A stretch of DNA of 64,000 nucleotides from Planctomycetota bacterium (GCA_965223505.1 CBDCWP010000011.1:39077-103076); one strand, 5' to 3'. Positions 1-10,786 are shown, counted from the first letter of the stretch. A program made the numbers and translations. Notes: a model not told the origin generated them from the letters alone.

Positions 1-600
1 CCAGCCGTAGATCAGACTCGAGCCGACCACCTGGTCCTTCGGCACGTCGTAGGCCGACTCCGAGATGCCGCGGACGAAGTCGATCCCGCCGCCGGTGACG
101 ATGAACACCTTGAAGTCGTTCGCGCGCAGGTAGTCGAGCAGTTCGAGCATGGGCTGATAGCGCAGGTCGCCGTACGGGCGTTCGAAGCGGGCGTGGCGCG
201 CGGTCTTCGTCCACGTCGCCGCGGCGGTCTGCATCTCGTCGCATGAGAGATCCGCGTGGACGGGGATGAGCGCCTGCAGCGCCTTCGTTTCACCGGCGCC
301 CTTCAGCGCCGCGCGCTCGTCGGGCGACAGTCGTTCGAGCGCGAAGACGACCTGGAAATACATCGGTTTCTCGCACCACAGCGTGCCGTCGTTGTCGGAG
401 ACCACGATCCGGTCGCGGGGCGGTCGATACGCGTCGTCGCCGGGATCCACCGTCGCCTCGACGAACGCGACGATGCGCTGCTTGGCGTCCCCGTCGCGCC
501 AAGAGGGAAGCGGGTCCGACCCGGTCGCCGGGTCGCCGCACGCAGAGAGGAGAACGAGCAGAAGGCAACCGGCAGCGAGTTTGGTACGTCGTTCGATCAT
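1..600 (-). CDS. HAD-superfamily hydrolase/phosphatase, lipoprotein (3' end outside window)
   Basis: Manual translation from ATG 600: MIERRTKLAAGCLLLVLLSAC (lipobox), LPSWRDG, SDNDGTLWCEKP (DxD motif I), YQPMLELLDYLRANDFKVFIVTGGG. Confidence 0.85.
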   Translation of the reverse strand, partial: MIERRTKLAAGCLLLVLLSACGDPATGSDPLPSWRDGDAKQRIVAFVEATVDPGDDAYRPPRDRIVVSDNDGTLWCEKPMYFQVVFALERLSPDERAALKGAGETKALQALIPVHADLSCDEMQTAAATWTKTARHARFERPYGDLRYQPMLELLDYLRANDFKVFIVTGGGIDFVRGISESAYDVPKDQVVGSSLIYGW

Positions 601-1178
601 TGGCTCTTCGGGAGGAGGGCGCCGCGCGAGATGGAGAGCGCGACCACGTCGTCCATCGTCCAGTCCGTGAACTCGAGCTTGTCCAGCGAGACGACGCGCA
701 GGATGCCGGACATCGGATTCGGGGAATTGGGGATGAACACCGTCGCGCGTCCTTCGCCTTCGACCGTGTCGGGCTGATAGCGCATGACGACACCGACCGT
801 CCGGACGTCGTCGTTGGGCCACGCGACGAGCGCGACGCGCGGCGGGGCCGCGCGGCCTGCCTCGAACATCTCGTCGAAGCGCTCCGCCGTGCGAGCGAAC
901 AGCCGCAGGAACGGGACGCGCTTCTGCGAGCGGATGAGCGCCATGAGCAGCAACCCGACGGCCGCCAGCAGAACCAGCGCCGCGCACACCGTCGCGAGGT
1001 GTCCCAGGGCGGGCGGCGCACCGAGCCCGATGATGAACTCGTCGATCGGCGCCAGGAGCACGCCCAACCCCATGAACTGGAGCAGCTTCAAGGGCACGAA
1101 AATCAGAAGCAGAGCACTCAGTCCCATGACGACAAGGCGGAAGAACCTGGCGGTGATCGCCGCGCCCGAATGACTCAT
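597..1178 (-). CDS. DUF502-like membrane protein
   Basis: Two N-terminal hydrophobic helices and VFIPNSPNPMSG motif; stop overlaps the HAD start (ATGA). Confidence 0.75.
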   Translation of the reverse strand: MSHSGAAITARFFRLVVMGLSALLLIFVPLKLLQFMGLGVLLAPIDEFIIGLGAPPALGHLATVCAALVLLAAVGLLLMALIRSQKRVPFLRLFARTAERFDEMFEAGRAAPPRVALVAWPNDDVRTVGVVMRYQPDTVEGEGRATVFIPNSPNPMSGILRVVSLDKLEFTDWTMDDVVALSISRGALLPKSQ

Positions 1179-1254
1179 GGCCCGCCTCCCTTTCTCGGCT
1201 CGCGCCACAGCGTAGCCCAAACGCGTTCCCGACGACCACGGGTAAGATGAACGC

Positions 1255-2052
1255 ATGCGCCGGACACTGCTCCTGCTCGCGGCTCTCTTCACCGCCGGCT
1301 GCGGCGCGGATTTCTATGCCTTCGAGTCCGTGCAGAACACCAACAACCCCCACACCAGCTTCGTGATCGTCTGGCTCTCCGACAGTCCCATCGACGGCGC
1401 CGACGCGTTCGAGGTCACGATCGACCGTGTCGACCTCGTACGGTCCGGCGGCGACGTGGAACTCGAGGACGCGCACCAAACGTACGATCTGTTCGCGCTG
1501 CGCAACGGCAGCCGAGCCATGATCGCCGAAGCGGCCGTGCCGACGGGTGGGTACGACGCCGTTCGGTTGACCCTGCGTGCGACCGGGCCGCTCGGACCCC
1601 GGACGCGAACGGGCGGGGTGTGGGAGTCGCTTGTGTTCGCGCCCGGCACCTTGCACGTCGTCGACGTGCCGTTCGCGCTCAATGCACAACAGGGCGGCCG
1701 GAGCGAGATTCAGATCGACTTCAACGCGCGGCTCTCGGTCCTCGACGTCGGCGGCGCACTCCAGCTCGATCCCGTGCTCGACGCCGTGAACCCCCGCCTT
1801 GCCGGCGAGATCACCGGCACGGTACTGGACCCAGCCGGGCAGCCGATCGCAGGCGCCATCGTCGTCGTGAAGGTGGGGGGCGTCGAGTACCGGTCGACCA
1901 CGACGATGATCGACGGGAGCTACGTGCTCACGCCGTTGCCGCCGGGCGCCTACGACGTCGAGATCGTGAACCCGGGCGGTCCGTTCGTCGGCGCACCGGG
2001 CATCCTCGTCACGACGGGTGACACGACGAACGTTCCGTTCGTGGTGCCCTAA
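1255..2052 (+). CDS. DUF4382-like lipoprotein with C-terminal carboxypeptidase-regulatory-like domain
   Basis: Lipobox FTAGC; LSDSPID..VTIDRV, YDLFALRNG, IQIDFNA; GEITGTV...LPPGAYDV. Confidence 0.75.
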   Translation: MRRTLLLLAALFTAGCGADFYAFESVQNTNNPHTSFVIVWLSDSPIDGADAFEVTIDRVDLVRSGGDVELEDAHQTYDLFALRNGSRAMIAEAAVPTGGYDAVRLTLRATGPLGPRTRTGGVWESLVFAPGTLHVVDVPFALNAQQGGRSEIQIDFNARLSVLDVGGALQLDPVLDAVNPRLAGEITGTVLDPAGQPIAGAIVVVKVGGVEYRSTTTMIDGSYVLTPLPPGAYDVEIVNPGGPFVGAPGILVTTGDTTNVPFVVP

Positions 2053-2093
2053 CCCTCCGTGTCTGTCCGAGCGTCCCCCTACGCTCGTCGGCC

Positions 2094-2414
2094 ATGGGGT
2101 TCTTGTTCGGCCTGCTCTTCGACGCCGCAGTCATCGGGCTGATCATCGCGCGGATGGAAGGCACGGGCTTTCCCGGTTGGGCCGAGATGATCGGTGTCGT
2201 TTTCGCCATGGGCATCGTATCCGCCGGCGTCGCGCACGTGCTTCCGGAGGGCTATTGGACGTTGCTCGGCGTCGTCGCCGGCGCGGCGACCGGCGCATTC
2301 ATGATCGCGTGGTTGTGCGAGATGACGTTCCGGCGTGCGGCCGTTGCCGCGGGCATCTACCTCTGCCTTCGGCTCCTCATTGCGCTGGCCTTTCTCACGC
2401 TGGTTCACGCCTAA
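2094..2414 (+). CDS. small integral membrane protein, unknown function
   Basis: 106 aa, about 4 hydrophobic segments. Confidence 0.65.
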   Translation: MGFLFGLLFDAAVIGLIIARMEGTGFPGWAEMIGVVFAMGIVSAGVAHVLPEGYWTLLGVVAGAATGAFMIAWLCEMTFRRAAVAAGIYLCLRLLIALAFLTLVHA

Positions 2415-2500
2415 GAACCCAACTGCGTAGAACCCCGCAACGCGACGACATTGCGACGCCCGCGGCGCCCGGCGACAATCACGCCCCCGATGGTCGTGTG

Positions 2501-4369
2501 ATGTCTGCGATGAACTCCCGAGCCGCTCTCCTCGTCGTGGCGCTCGTTGCCGCCGCGATCATCGTCTACCTGTTCGTCGGATCCGAAACGCCGCAGGCGT
2601 CCGTCGATGTGTCGAATGGGCCTCCGGAAACGGAGGAAGAGCGCGCCGCGCTGGAAGGGCGCGCGCCGCCGGCTGAGGTCGCGCCCGACGAGACGGCACC
2701 TGCCGCCGCGCCGGCGAAGTCTCCCGCGTCGCAACCGGCGTCGGCGCCGCCGAAGACGGACGCGCCACGGGTGGACGCCCTTGCCGAAGCGAGCGGCGAC
2801 GCCGCGACCTCCACCCTGCGCCTGCGCGTCGTCGACGAAAACGGGCGCGCACGGGACGATGCCCGGCTCGTGATGTTCGCGGTCGAGAAGGGCGTGGGGC
2901 GCAAGAGCTTCGATCAGCCCATCGGTCCCGACGGTGAGATCGTCGTCGAAGCGCTCGATCCCGGCCGGTGTGCGGTTTGGGTGTACGTGGGCGACTTCCA
3001 GCGCATGGCCGTCGTCGAGCTGGCCGCCGGACGCGTCACCGACACGGCCATCAGCGTGCCGCAGGGCGCGAACGTGCACGGTGTCGTCCGTCACCGCGAA
3101 AAGGGACCGCTTGCGAACATCCAGGTGCGGCTGAAGCGCAAGGACGAGGTCTATGCCGACTCGGTGTTCTCGTCGACCGACACGTCCGGACACTATCGCC
3201 TGGAGGGCATCCCCCCCGGCACGTACGCCGTGTCGCTCACCGGGGCGGCGATCGGATACAGCCCACGGCCGCGCGGCACGCTCGTGGTTCGAGACGTCGT
3301 CGACGTCGAGCGCGACTTCATGCTCGGCGAGGTCGCGCTGCAGGGCGTCGTGCGCGACGCCGACACGGGGCGCGTGCTGGACGGCGTGCGCGTCGGGATC
3401 CAGGCGCCGCTGTACACGAGCACCACGACCGACGTGCGCGGCGCCTTTCGCTTCCAGGACGTGCCGCCCGGGGCGTACACGCTCACCGCCGCCAAGGACG
3501 GCTTCGGATTCCGGTTCCTCCACGAGGTGGCCGTCGCCGCGGAGGCGGTGACGACCTTCGACATCGAACTGCGCGCGGCGGCGACGGTGGAGTTCGAGGT
3601 GGTGGACACCGACGGCAAGCCCGTGGCCGGCCAGGTGATCCTGAGCATCACGCCGATCGACCCCGCAGACGGCACCCAGGTCTCGACCAACCGCAGCACG
3701 GATGCCGCCGGCAAGGTCAGGTACGCGCAGATCACGCCGGGCTCGTACGACCTCGGCGTGTCCGCCCGCGGGTTCGAGGAGCTGCGCCGAAAGGTGCAGG
3801 TCGAGTCGGGGACGACGACGCTGCGCTTTCAGCTCTCCCGCAAGGACGCGCCGACCGCCGTCGTTCTGCGCGGCGTCGTGCGCGACGCCGAGACCAAACA
3901 ACCGATCGCAGGCGTGGGCATCCACCTGCAGAGTCCCGTCCGGCGCGAGACCCGCACCGACGAAAGCGGCGTATACGAGCTTCGCGACATCGGGACCGCC
4001 ACCTGCGTCCTGTATGCCGCCCGGGATGGCTACGGCATTCGCTTCTTGCGGGGCATCGAGGTCGAAGAAGGCAAGACCACCGAGCTCGACATCGCGCTGC
4101 GGCCCGCCGCCGTCTTGCACCTACAGCTGAGCACCGAGAGCGGGGAGGCGGTCGTCGGCGGCGTCACGCTGGGGATCTCGCCCGTGAAGGGAACGCATGG
4201 GACGAACATCGGCACGGGCGTGACGGCGGACGCCAACGGTCTCGCCACATACCGGCAGATCGTCCCTGGCCGGTACACGATTCGCGCGATCCAGGAGGGG
4301 AGCGGCAGCGCTTCGATCGAGACGGAGATCCGCGAGGGGGAGAACACCGTCGACCTGCGACTCCGCTAG
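2501..4369 (+). CDS. membrane-anchored protein with tandem carboxypeptidase-regulatory-like (transthyretin-like) domains
   Basis: N-terminal TM helix, Pro/Ala linker, repeated GVVRDAxTG..TD..G.Y...PGxY units; start is 2501 or 2510. Confidence 0.8.
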   Translation: MSAMNSRAALLVVALVAAAIIVYLFVGSETPQASVDVSNGPPETEEERAALEGRAPPAEVAPDETAPAAAPAKSPASQPASAPPKTDAPRVDALAEASGDAATSTLRLRVVDENGRARDDARLVMFAVEKGVGRKSFDQPIGPDGEIVVEALDPGRCAVWVYVGDFQRMAVVELAAGRVTDTAISVPQGANVHGVVRHREKGPLANIQVRLKRKDEVYADSVFSSTDTSGHYRLEGIPPGTYAVSLTGAAIGYSPRPRGTLVVRDVVDVERDFMLGEVALQGVVRDADTGRVLDGVRVGIQAPLYTSTTTDVRGAFRFQDVPPGAYTLTAAKDGFGFRFLHEVAVAAEAVTTFDIELRAAATVEFEVVDTDGKPVAGQVILSITPIDPADGTQVSTNRSTDAAGKVRYAQITPGSYDLGVSARGFEELRRKVQVESGTTTLRFQLSRKDAPTAVVLRGVVRDAETKQPIAGVGIHLQSPVRRETRTDESGVYELRDIGTATCVLYAARDGYGIRFLRGIEVEEGKTTELDIALRPAAVLHLQLSTESGEAVVGGVTLGISPVKGTHGTNIGTGVTADANGLATYRQIVPGRYTIRAIQEGSGSASIETEIREGENTVDLRLR

Positions 4370-5232
4370 GCGCCCTTCGCTCCCTCCTGCGGATGGCCCC
4401 TCAGATAGACGAACCAGTACACGGCGGCGACGAGACCCGCGCCTCCGATGATGTTCCCGATCGTGACGGGGAGCAGGTTGTGCGTCAGGAACGCGCCCCA
4501 ATCGAGCCCGGTCGTGTCCACACCGGTCGTCGCGACGAACTCCGGATACCAGCCCTCCATCAGGATCGCGTACGGCACGAAGTACATGTTCGCGACCGAG
4601 TGCTCGAAACCCGCGGCGACGAACGCCGTGATCGGGAACAAGATCGCCATGATGCGTCCGATCATGCTGCGCGCGCCCATCGCGATCCACACGGCCAGAC
4701 AGACCAACGCGTTGCAGAGAGCCCCGAGCGCGACCGCCTGCATGAACGACAGCTTCACTTTCGGCATCGCGATGCCGAGCGCCGTCTCGCCGACGGCGCC
4801 GCCGCCCATCTCGAAATGGCGCGCGACCAGGACGAGGACCGCTGTTCCCAGCGCTCCCAGCGCGTTGCCCAAATAGACGATCGACCAATTTCGTAGCAAC
4901 GCGCGCGTCGTCACGCGTCGTCGGGCCCACGCCATGACGATCAGGTTGTTGCCGGTGAACAGCTCCGCGCCGCCCGTGACGACGAGGATGAGCCCGAGAC
5001 AGAATGCCAGCCCGGCGATCGCGCGACGCACGCCGAACGGCCACGCTTCCGTGCCCGCAACGACGGTCGTCGAGAACACGGCGCCGAGCGCGATGAACGC
5101 GCCCGCGAGCACGCCGAGCACCAAGAGCTTGGAGAACGAGAGGCCGCACTTCTGCGCGCCGACGTTCTCGGCGCGCGCCGCGATCTCGGGCGGCATGAGC
5201 GAGTCGATTCGAACCGCGTTGTCTTCAGGCAT
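4366..5232 (-). CDS. focA: formate/nitrite transporter (FNT family)
   Basis: LAGAFIALG, GAELFTGN, GNALGA, CNALVCLAVW, GFEHSVANMY, VTIGNIIGG. Confidence 0.9.
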   Translation of the reverse strand: MPEDNAVRIDSLMPPEIAARAENVGAQKCGLSFSKLLVLGVLAGAFIALGAVFSTTVVAGTEAWPFGVRRAIAGLAFCLGLILVVTGGAELFTGNNLIVMAWARRRVTTRALLRNWSIVYLGNALGALGTAVLVLVARHFEMGGGAVGETALGIAMPKVKLSFMQAVALGALCNALVCLAVWIAMGARSMIGRIMAILFPITAFVAAGFEHSVANMYFVPYAILMEGWYPEFVATTGVDTTGLDWGAFLTHNLLPVTIGNIIGGAGLVAAVYWFVYLRGHPQEGAKGA

Positions 5233-5339
5233 CGGGGCGAGTCTCGCGCCGCGATGCCCGCGCGTCAAAACTCGGTTCGCGCGCAGACGCAAATCGGCCA
5301 CGGACCGTCTCGCTCAAACGAACGCTGCCAGTTGCGCGC

Positions 5340-6131
5340 CTACGGGGCCAGCGCGGCGGCCGGAAGTGCCGGCTCCTCGATCATCGGCGGGGCGGGCGGA
5401 GTCGCCGCCGCCGGATCGGCGTAGACGTCGCTGCCCAGACCGGCGAGCCGCTCCTGCGGTCGCGGCCAGCCCGGAATCTTCTCGAGCGCCAACTCGTAGA
5501 AGCGCTTTGCGCTGTCGACGTTGCCCTGCTCCTCCGCGATGAGCCCGCGGTTGTAGGCGATGCGTCCCTCGCTTCCGCCCAACGCGGCGGCGGCGTCGAG
5601 CGACGACGAGGCGTGACCGTACTCCTCGGCCATGAAGTAGGCGGAGGCCAGCGCCTCGCGCAGACCCGCATGGTCGGGACGCAGCCGCACCTGCGGAAGC
5701 AGCGTCTGCAGCGCGTGGAGGTGGTTGCCCGCCTCGAGGTCGATCCGTGCGCGCAGGATGGCGGCCTCGGGGTTCGCCGGAGTCAGGCGCAGCAGGTAGT
5801 CCAGATGACGCATCGCGTCGTTCGGGTCGTTGGCTTCGTACGCCATGGCACCCAGCAACATGCGCGTGGGCGCGTGATCCGGGTGCTTGAACGCGAGGTT
5901 CTGCGCCTGGCGCCGAATGAACGCGCGCGACTTCGTCTTCTTGCCGTTGCCGTCCGGCGCGCCGGCGTAGCGGCAATCCGAAGGCGCGGCCAACCAGTCG
6001 GCGTGCAACCGCGCGACCGCCGCGTCGGGGTCCGTCTGCCCATGGGGCGCGGGGGGCGGCGTCGTCGAGCAGCCGACGAGCAAGATCATGGCGAGGACGG
6101 CCGTCAAGCCGCCGAGTTTCCGTACTAGCAT
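5340..6131 (-). CDS. TPR lipoprotein, putative Tad pilotin (TadD-like)
   Basis: Lipobox LLVGC, TPR-like helices (AYNRGLIAEEQG), last gene of tad cluster. Confidence 0.65.
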   Translation of the reverse strand: MLVRKLGGLTAVLAMILLVGCSTTPPPAPHGQTDPDAAVARLHADWLAAPSDCRYAGAPDGNGKKTKSRAFIRRQAQNLAFKHPDHAPTRMLLGAMAYEANDPNDAMRHLDYLLRLTPANPEAAILRARIDLEAGNHLHALQTLLPQVRLRPDHAGLREALASAYFMAEEYGHASSSLDAAAALGGSEGRIAYNRGLIAEEQGNVDSAKRFYELALEKIPGWPRPQERLAGLGSDVYADPAAATPPAPPMIEEPALPAAALAP

Positions 6132-6310
6132 GTGGGCCTCCCTACCCGCCTCGGCGTGAGATTCTAGCCGTCGATGGGCTGCGTGGCACGCTCCCGTTTG
6201 GGCGCGGCGCCGCGGATCTTCTCAAAAGGCCCCTCCCGGGCCTCCATTTGCTCTCGAAGCCTTAAAAATAGGCGATTGCGGGCATCGACGCAATTCGCGT
6301 CCGATCGCCG

Positions 6311-7258
6311 CTACGGCGGCGTGACCCCCTTGTTCATGACGGCGTCGATCACCTGGATGAAGCGGTAGAACGCCGGTCCGAGCGTCCAGACGAAGATGCC
6401 GGGCAGGAAGCACAGCACCAGGGGGAAGACCAGCTTGACCGGCAAGGCGTGCGCCTTGATCAACGCGCGCTCCCGGCGCCGGCTCTGGACGTCCTCGGTC
6501 TGGTGGTCGAGGACGTTGGAGATGCCGCCGCCGACCTGCTCGGCGTGGATCATCGCGGAGACGAAGATCGACAGCGAGCCGACGTCCACGCGGCGTCCAA
6601 GTCGGCGCCAGCAGTTCACGCGCGGAATGCCCGCCATGTTCTCCCGCCGGAAGATCTGTAGCTCCTGCGGGAGCGTGCGGGTGCTGTTCGACGAGTCCAG
6701 CACGCGCAGCATGGCTGCATCCAGGCCCAGTCCCGCTCGCGAGAGCGTCGCGAGCAGCTGCAGTGTGATCGGCAAGTCCTCTTCGATCTCCTGGACCCGT
6801 TGGCGCCGAACGGCGCGAACCACGAGCCAGGGGATGCTGGCGATGATGAGGAACGCGAGCCACGGCGTCACCACGAGCACGGGTTCGAGCATCGACCCGA
6901 TGCCCCCCGGCAGGTCGTACAGCGCCACGCGCGCATCGAACATGTAGGGCGAGGCGCGGATCGTCAGCGCGAGCGCGATGCCGAGGAACAGTGCCGTGAA
7001 CGCGATGGCCACGAACAGCGGAAGCGCGCCGGGGCGCCGGAAGCCGGCGACGAAGAGCCAACGCCGCATCCACATCATGTCCTCGGTGGGGACGGGAGCG
7101 AGCGGCTCGAACTGCGCGTCGTGCTCTTCCTTGAGCCGCGTTCGGATCAAGTGCGCGCGACGTCCGTAGATCACCGCGAGGATGATCGCGGCAACCACCG
7201 CCGCCCACGCGAGGATGAGGAACGGAACGGAGAAGACGACGGCAACTGAGAAGTTCAT
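6311..7258 (-). CDS. tadC: Tad pilus platform protein TadC (T2SS F family)
   Basis: Start MNFSVAV with GGAGGAG RBS; LPITLQLLATLSRAGLGLDAA, AEQVGGGI, PVKLVFPLVLCFLPG. Confidence 0.85.
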   Translation of the reverse strand: MNFSVAVVFSVPFLILAWAAVVAAIILAVIYGRRAHLIRTRLKEEHDAQFEPLAPVPTEDMMWMRRWLFVAGFRRPGALPLFVAIAFTALFLGIALALTIRASPYMFDARVALYDLPGGIGSMLEPVLVVTPWLAFLIIASIPWLVVRAVRRQRVQEIEEDLPITLQLLATLSRAGLGLDAAMLRVLDSSNSTRTLPQELQIFRRENMAGIPRVNCWRRLGRRVDVGSLSIFVSAMIHAEQVGGGISNVLDHQTEDVQSRRRERALIKAHALPVKLVFPLVLCFLPGIFVWTLGPAFYRFIQVIDAVMNKGVTPP

Positions 7259-7269
7259 CTCCGCTCCTC

Positions 7270-8124
7270 CTAGTACTTGATCCGCGACATGCGCGCGATC
7301 CAGGCCGCGCCCAGCGCCTGAAGAAACACGGCGGCCGCGGCGAACTTCTCGCCGATGCCGGTGGCCAGGAAGCCTTCCACACGCGTCGGGTCCATGTTCC
7401 ACATGAGCGCCGCGAGGAAGTACGTCAGGCCGAGAATCGCGAGCACCGAGAACCGCGCCTCGGTCGTCTGCGCGCGTACGCGTCGTCCGAGCTCGACGCG
7501 ATCACGGATGAAGCGGCCGGTCGTCGCGAGTGTCGGGGCGAGGTTGCCGCCGCCCTCCCACTGCACGCCGAGCGCGTAGTAGAAGAGACGGAACGACTCG
7601 AGCTGCAGGATCTCCGCCATCTCGCGGCAGACCGCGCCCGGGTCGTCACCGAGCCGCAGGCGCAGGACGAACTGCGTCAGGTGCGGCTTGAGCGGCCGCT
7701 TCGCGTCCGCCTCCGCCGACCCGAGCGCATCGACGACGCCGATGCCCGCGTGCAGCGACGTGACCATGTGGTCGATTGCCTCCGCGAGCTGGGCTTCGAC
7801 GAGCACCGTCCGGCGTCCGATCAGCGTGTTGCCGATGATCAGGCCGACGACCCAGAACAGGAATCCAACGGCCGCGGCGAACGGCACGCCCATGGGCAGG
7901 AAGATCATGGACAACACGAACGCGGTGATGCCCAGGATCCACGGCAGCGCGATCTCGATCGGATGCGCGAGCTGCGGCACGTGGACGCGGCGCACCTCTG
8001 TCTGCTCCGCCAGCTCGGGGATGCGGCTCACCGCAAGTTGGTGGTGCATCCACCGGCGGAACCACCAGTAGAGCCCTCCGATCACTATGACGAGGATCAA
8101 GCCCCCGTAGAAAAGCTCAGGCAC
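7270..8124 (-). CDS. tadB: Tad pilus platform protein TadB (T2SS F family)
   Basis: QLAEAIDHMVTSLHAG, QWEGGGNLA, VRAQTTEARFS. Confidence 0.85.
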   Translation of the reverse strand: MPELFYGGLILVIVIGGLYWWFRRWMHHQLAVSRIPELAEQTEVRRVHVPQLAHPIEIALPWILGITAFVLSMIFLPMGVPFAAAVGFLFWVVGLIIGNTLIGRRTVLVEAQLAEAIDHMVTSLHAGIGVVDALGSAEADAKRPLKPHLTQFVLRLRLGDDPGAVCREMAEILQLESFRLFYYALGVQWEGGGNLAPTLATTGRFIRDRVELGRRVRAQTTEARFSVLAILGLTYFLAALMWNMDPTRVEGFLATGIGEKFAAAAVFLQALGAAWIARMSRIKY

Positions 8125-9529
8125 GCTGGCTGCTCGCTTCGAACATGCTCGGCGGGATCGATTCGCCGCGCGAGCGGAGGTATTCGGCCATCTTCGGCAT
8201 GATGCCGGTGGGGGTGAAGGCCCCTTGCACGCGGCGACCGTCGCGGCCCTGTCGCTTGAACTGGAAGATGTTGTTGAGCAGGGGCGTGAGGCCCTCGAGG
8301 CCGGCGATCTCGGACACCGCTTCGACGCGGCGAATGCCGTCCTCGTACCGTCGCACGTGTACGACGAGGTGGATCGCGCTCACGACCTGTTCGCGGATGG
8401 CCCGGGAGGGCAGCTCGACGCCCGACATCAGCACCATGGTCTCCAGGCGCGCGAGAGCATCACGGGGTGAGTTCGCGTGCACCGTGCAGATGCTGCCGTC
8501 GTGGCCCGTGTTCATGGCCTGCAGCATGTCCAACGCCTCGCCGCCGCGCACCTCGCCGACGATGATGCGATCGGGGCGCATGCGCAGGGCGTTGATCACG
8601 AGGTCGCGCGACGAGATCGCGCCCGTTCCCTCCGTGTTCGGGGGGCGGTTCTCCAGTCGCACGAGGTGTTCCTGGTCGAGCATGAGCTCGGCCGTGTCCT
8701 CGATGGTCACGATGCGCTCGTCGGCGGGAATCGCCTCGGCCAGTGCGCCGAGAAGCGTCGACTTACCAGCGCCCGTTCCGCCGGAGATGAGCATGTTCTG
8801 CCGTCCCCGAACGCATGCCGCGAGGAACGCGAGCATGTTCGGCGACATCTCGCCCATCTCAACCAGCTCGCTGCTGCGCAGCCGGCGGCGGCCGAAACGA
8901 CGAATGGAGATCGTCGGTCCGTCGATGGAGACGGGCGGGATCGTGGCGTTGACGCGGCTGCCGTCCGGGAGGCGCGCGTCGAGCATCGGCTGCGAAACGT
9001 CGATCCGACGCCCGATCCAGGCCGCGATGCGTTCGATGACGCGATGGACGTGATCGTCGTCCTGAAAACGCGTGTCCGTCTGCTCCAGACGTCCGAAGCG
9101 CTCGACGTAGACCTTGCGGGGGCCCACGACGAGGATGTCCGTCACGGCGGGATCCGCCATGAGCGGCGCCAACGGCCCGACGCCGAGCGTCTCGTCCCGG
9201 AGGTCGTCCGCGAGACGCGCGCGCTCGCGGTCGTTGAGCGCGATGTCCTCCTCGTTCAGGACGCGATCGACGAACTCCCGGACGACACGCGCCACGCCCT
9301 CTTCGTCCTCCGCCATGAGGCGGCGATCGCCGATGTCGTCGAGCAATCGCGAGAGCAGGTTGGCCTTGACGCTGACGTAGTCGGCGCGTCCTTGGTGCAG
9401 GTCCGCCCGATGGGGCGCGCCGCCGCTCCGCCGTCGTACGCGGGATGTGGGGTCCTGGGAGACGGATCCCGTCGACGCGAGGCGTCGGCGCAGATCGTCA
9501 CCGGCGGACTTTTTCGCCTTCTCCGCCAT
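8117..9529 (-). CDS. cpaF: Tad pilus assembly ATPase CpaF/TadA
   Basis: Walker A GGTGAGKS, TIEDTAEL, ALRMRPDRIIVGEVRG, MNTGHDGS. Confidence 0.95.
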   Translation of the reverse strand: MAEKAKKSAGDDLRRRLASTGSVSQDPTSRVRRRSGGAPHRADLHQGRADYVSVKANLLSRLLDDIGDRRLMAEDEEGVARVVREFVDRVLNEEDIALNDRERARLADDLRDETLGVGPLAPLMADPAVTDILVVGPRKVYVERFGRLEQTDTRFQDDDHVHRVIERIAAWIGRRIDVSQPMLDARLPDGSRVNATIPPVSIDGPTISIRRFGRRRLRSSELVEMGEMSPNMLAFLAACVRGRQNMLISGGTGAGKSTLLGALAEAIPADERIVTIEDTAELMLDQEHLVRLENRPPNTEGTGAISSRDLVINALRMRPDRIIVGEVRGGEALDMLQAMNTGHDGSICTVHANSPRDALARLETMVLMSGVELPSRAIREQVVSAIHLVVHVRRYEDGIRRVEAVSEIAGLEGLTPLLNNIFQFKRQGRDGRRVQGAFTPTGIMPKMAEYLRSRGESIPPSMFEASSQRA

Positions 9530-10786
9530 CTAGACCTCCTCCGTCGCCCGCTCCACCATGACGCCCGACTCGGTCAAGCCCGGTTCGGATGTGAGCACGT
9601 CCGTGCCGCCGTGCGGCGCCGGCAGCCCATACGCCTCGATGTCGTCGACGATGCCGCGGATCGACTTGCGGAATCCCGAAAAGCGCCAGGCGTGCAGGAC
9701 CTGGGGACGGCCCATGTTCACCGACATCGGGATGCGCTTGTCGTACGTGACCTCGTGGCGAACGCCGACGCCGAGATGCGCTTCGACGTCCGGCACCTTC
9801 AGCTCGCCGGCGAACGAGGGCTGAGAGTGGTTGAGGACGACCCAGACGCGCTCGGAGTCCAGTCCGAGCTCGTTCAGCGTCTCCAGGAGGCTGGCGGTTC
9901 CGTTCAGGACGGGAACGATGACCTGCGTGACGACGCAGACCATGTTGCTCAAGTCCAGGACGCTCATCACGACGGCGTCCACGACTGGGAACGTGTCCAC
10001 GACGACGTACTTGTAGACACGTCGCGCCAGCGCGATCACGCGCGACACGACGCGGTCGTCGACCTGTGCCGCGCGAATCACCGTGGGGGGAGCGGGCAGG
10101 ACTCGCAGGCCCGAGCTGTGCGGAATCGCGAGCTTCTGTAGGAGCGTCGTGTCGAGCCGGTCGATCTGCTCGGCCGCGTCGGAGATCGACTGCGTCGCAT
10201 CCAGGTCCAGCATGGATGCGCACACACCGAGCTGCAGGGAGAGGTCGAGCAGGATCACCTCGCCCGGGTGCCGGCGCGCCAGCTCGCACGCGACGTTGGT
10301 GGACACGGCGGACTTGCCGACGCCGCCCTTGTTGCTCACGAACGAGATCACGCGGCCCATCGGCCCGCCGCGCACCTGCGATTCCGTCCGGTTCATGCGG
10401 TCGATGATGGCCAACAGCTCGCCCGTCGAGATAGGCCGCCGCAGGAAGTCCGTCACGCGCGATCGCAACGCTTCGATGATGAGGTTGCTCTCGAGCTCGG
10501 GATCCGCGAAGGCCTGCCGCCGGTACACGGCGATCACAGCGGCGTCGGGCGCCGCCACGAGGACCTCCTCCGCGAAGTTGCGAATTTCCGAGACTTCACG
10601 ATTCATCTCGACGAGGACGAAGTCGGGCTGCCGCATGCGCGCGGTCTCGATGCCTTTTTGCTGGTCACGAACGTAGTCCGCGACGCATCGAATGCCCTTC
10701 AACCCTTCGAGCGCAATGTCGAACTCTTCTTCGAGGGACTCGTCGCGTGCGACGACAAGAAAGCGTACTGCGGTGTCTCTACTCAC
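9530..10786 (-). CDS. cpaE: CpaE/TadZ: receiver-like domain + MinD/ParA-type ATPase
   Basis: N-terminal atypical receiver; SNKGGVGKS deviant Walker A; position in tad cluster. Confidence 0.85.
   Translation of the reverse strand: MSRDTAVRFLVVARDESLEEEFDIALEGLKGIRCVADYVRDQQKGIETARMRQPDFVLVEMNREVSEIRNFAEEVLVAAPDAAVIAVYRRQAFADPELESNLIIEALRSRVTDFLRRPISTGELLAIIDRMNRTESQVRGGPMGRVISFVSNKGGVGKSAVSTNVACELARRHPGEVILLDLSLQLGVCASMLDLDATQSISDAAEQIDRLDTTLLQKLAIPHSSGLRVLPAPPTVIRAAQVDDRVVSRVIALARRVYKYVVVDTFPVVDAVVMSVLDLSNMVCVVTQVIVPVLNGTASLLETLNELGLDSERVWVVLNHSQPSFAGELKVPDVEAHLGVGVRHEVTYDKRIPMSVNMGRPQVLHAWRFSGFRKSIRGIVDDIEAYGLPAPHGGTDVLTSEPGLTESGVMVERATEEV

Noticed and set aside
2411..4120. Long antisense or alternate-frame ORFs here and throughout the window
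   Set aside because: Typical high-GC shadow ORFs overlapping well-supported genes.
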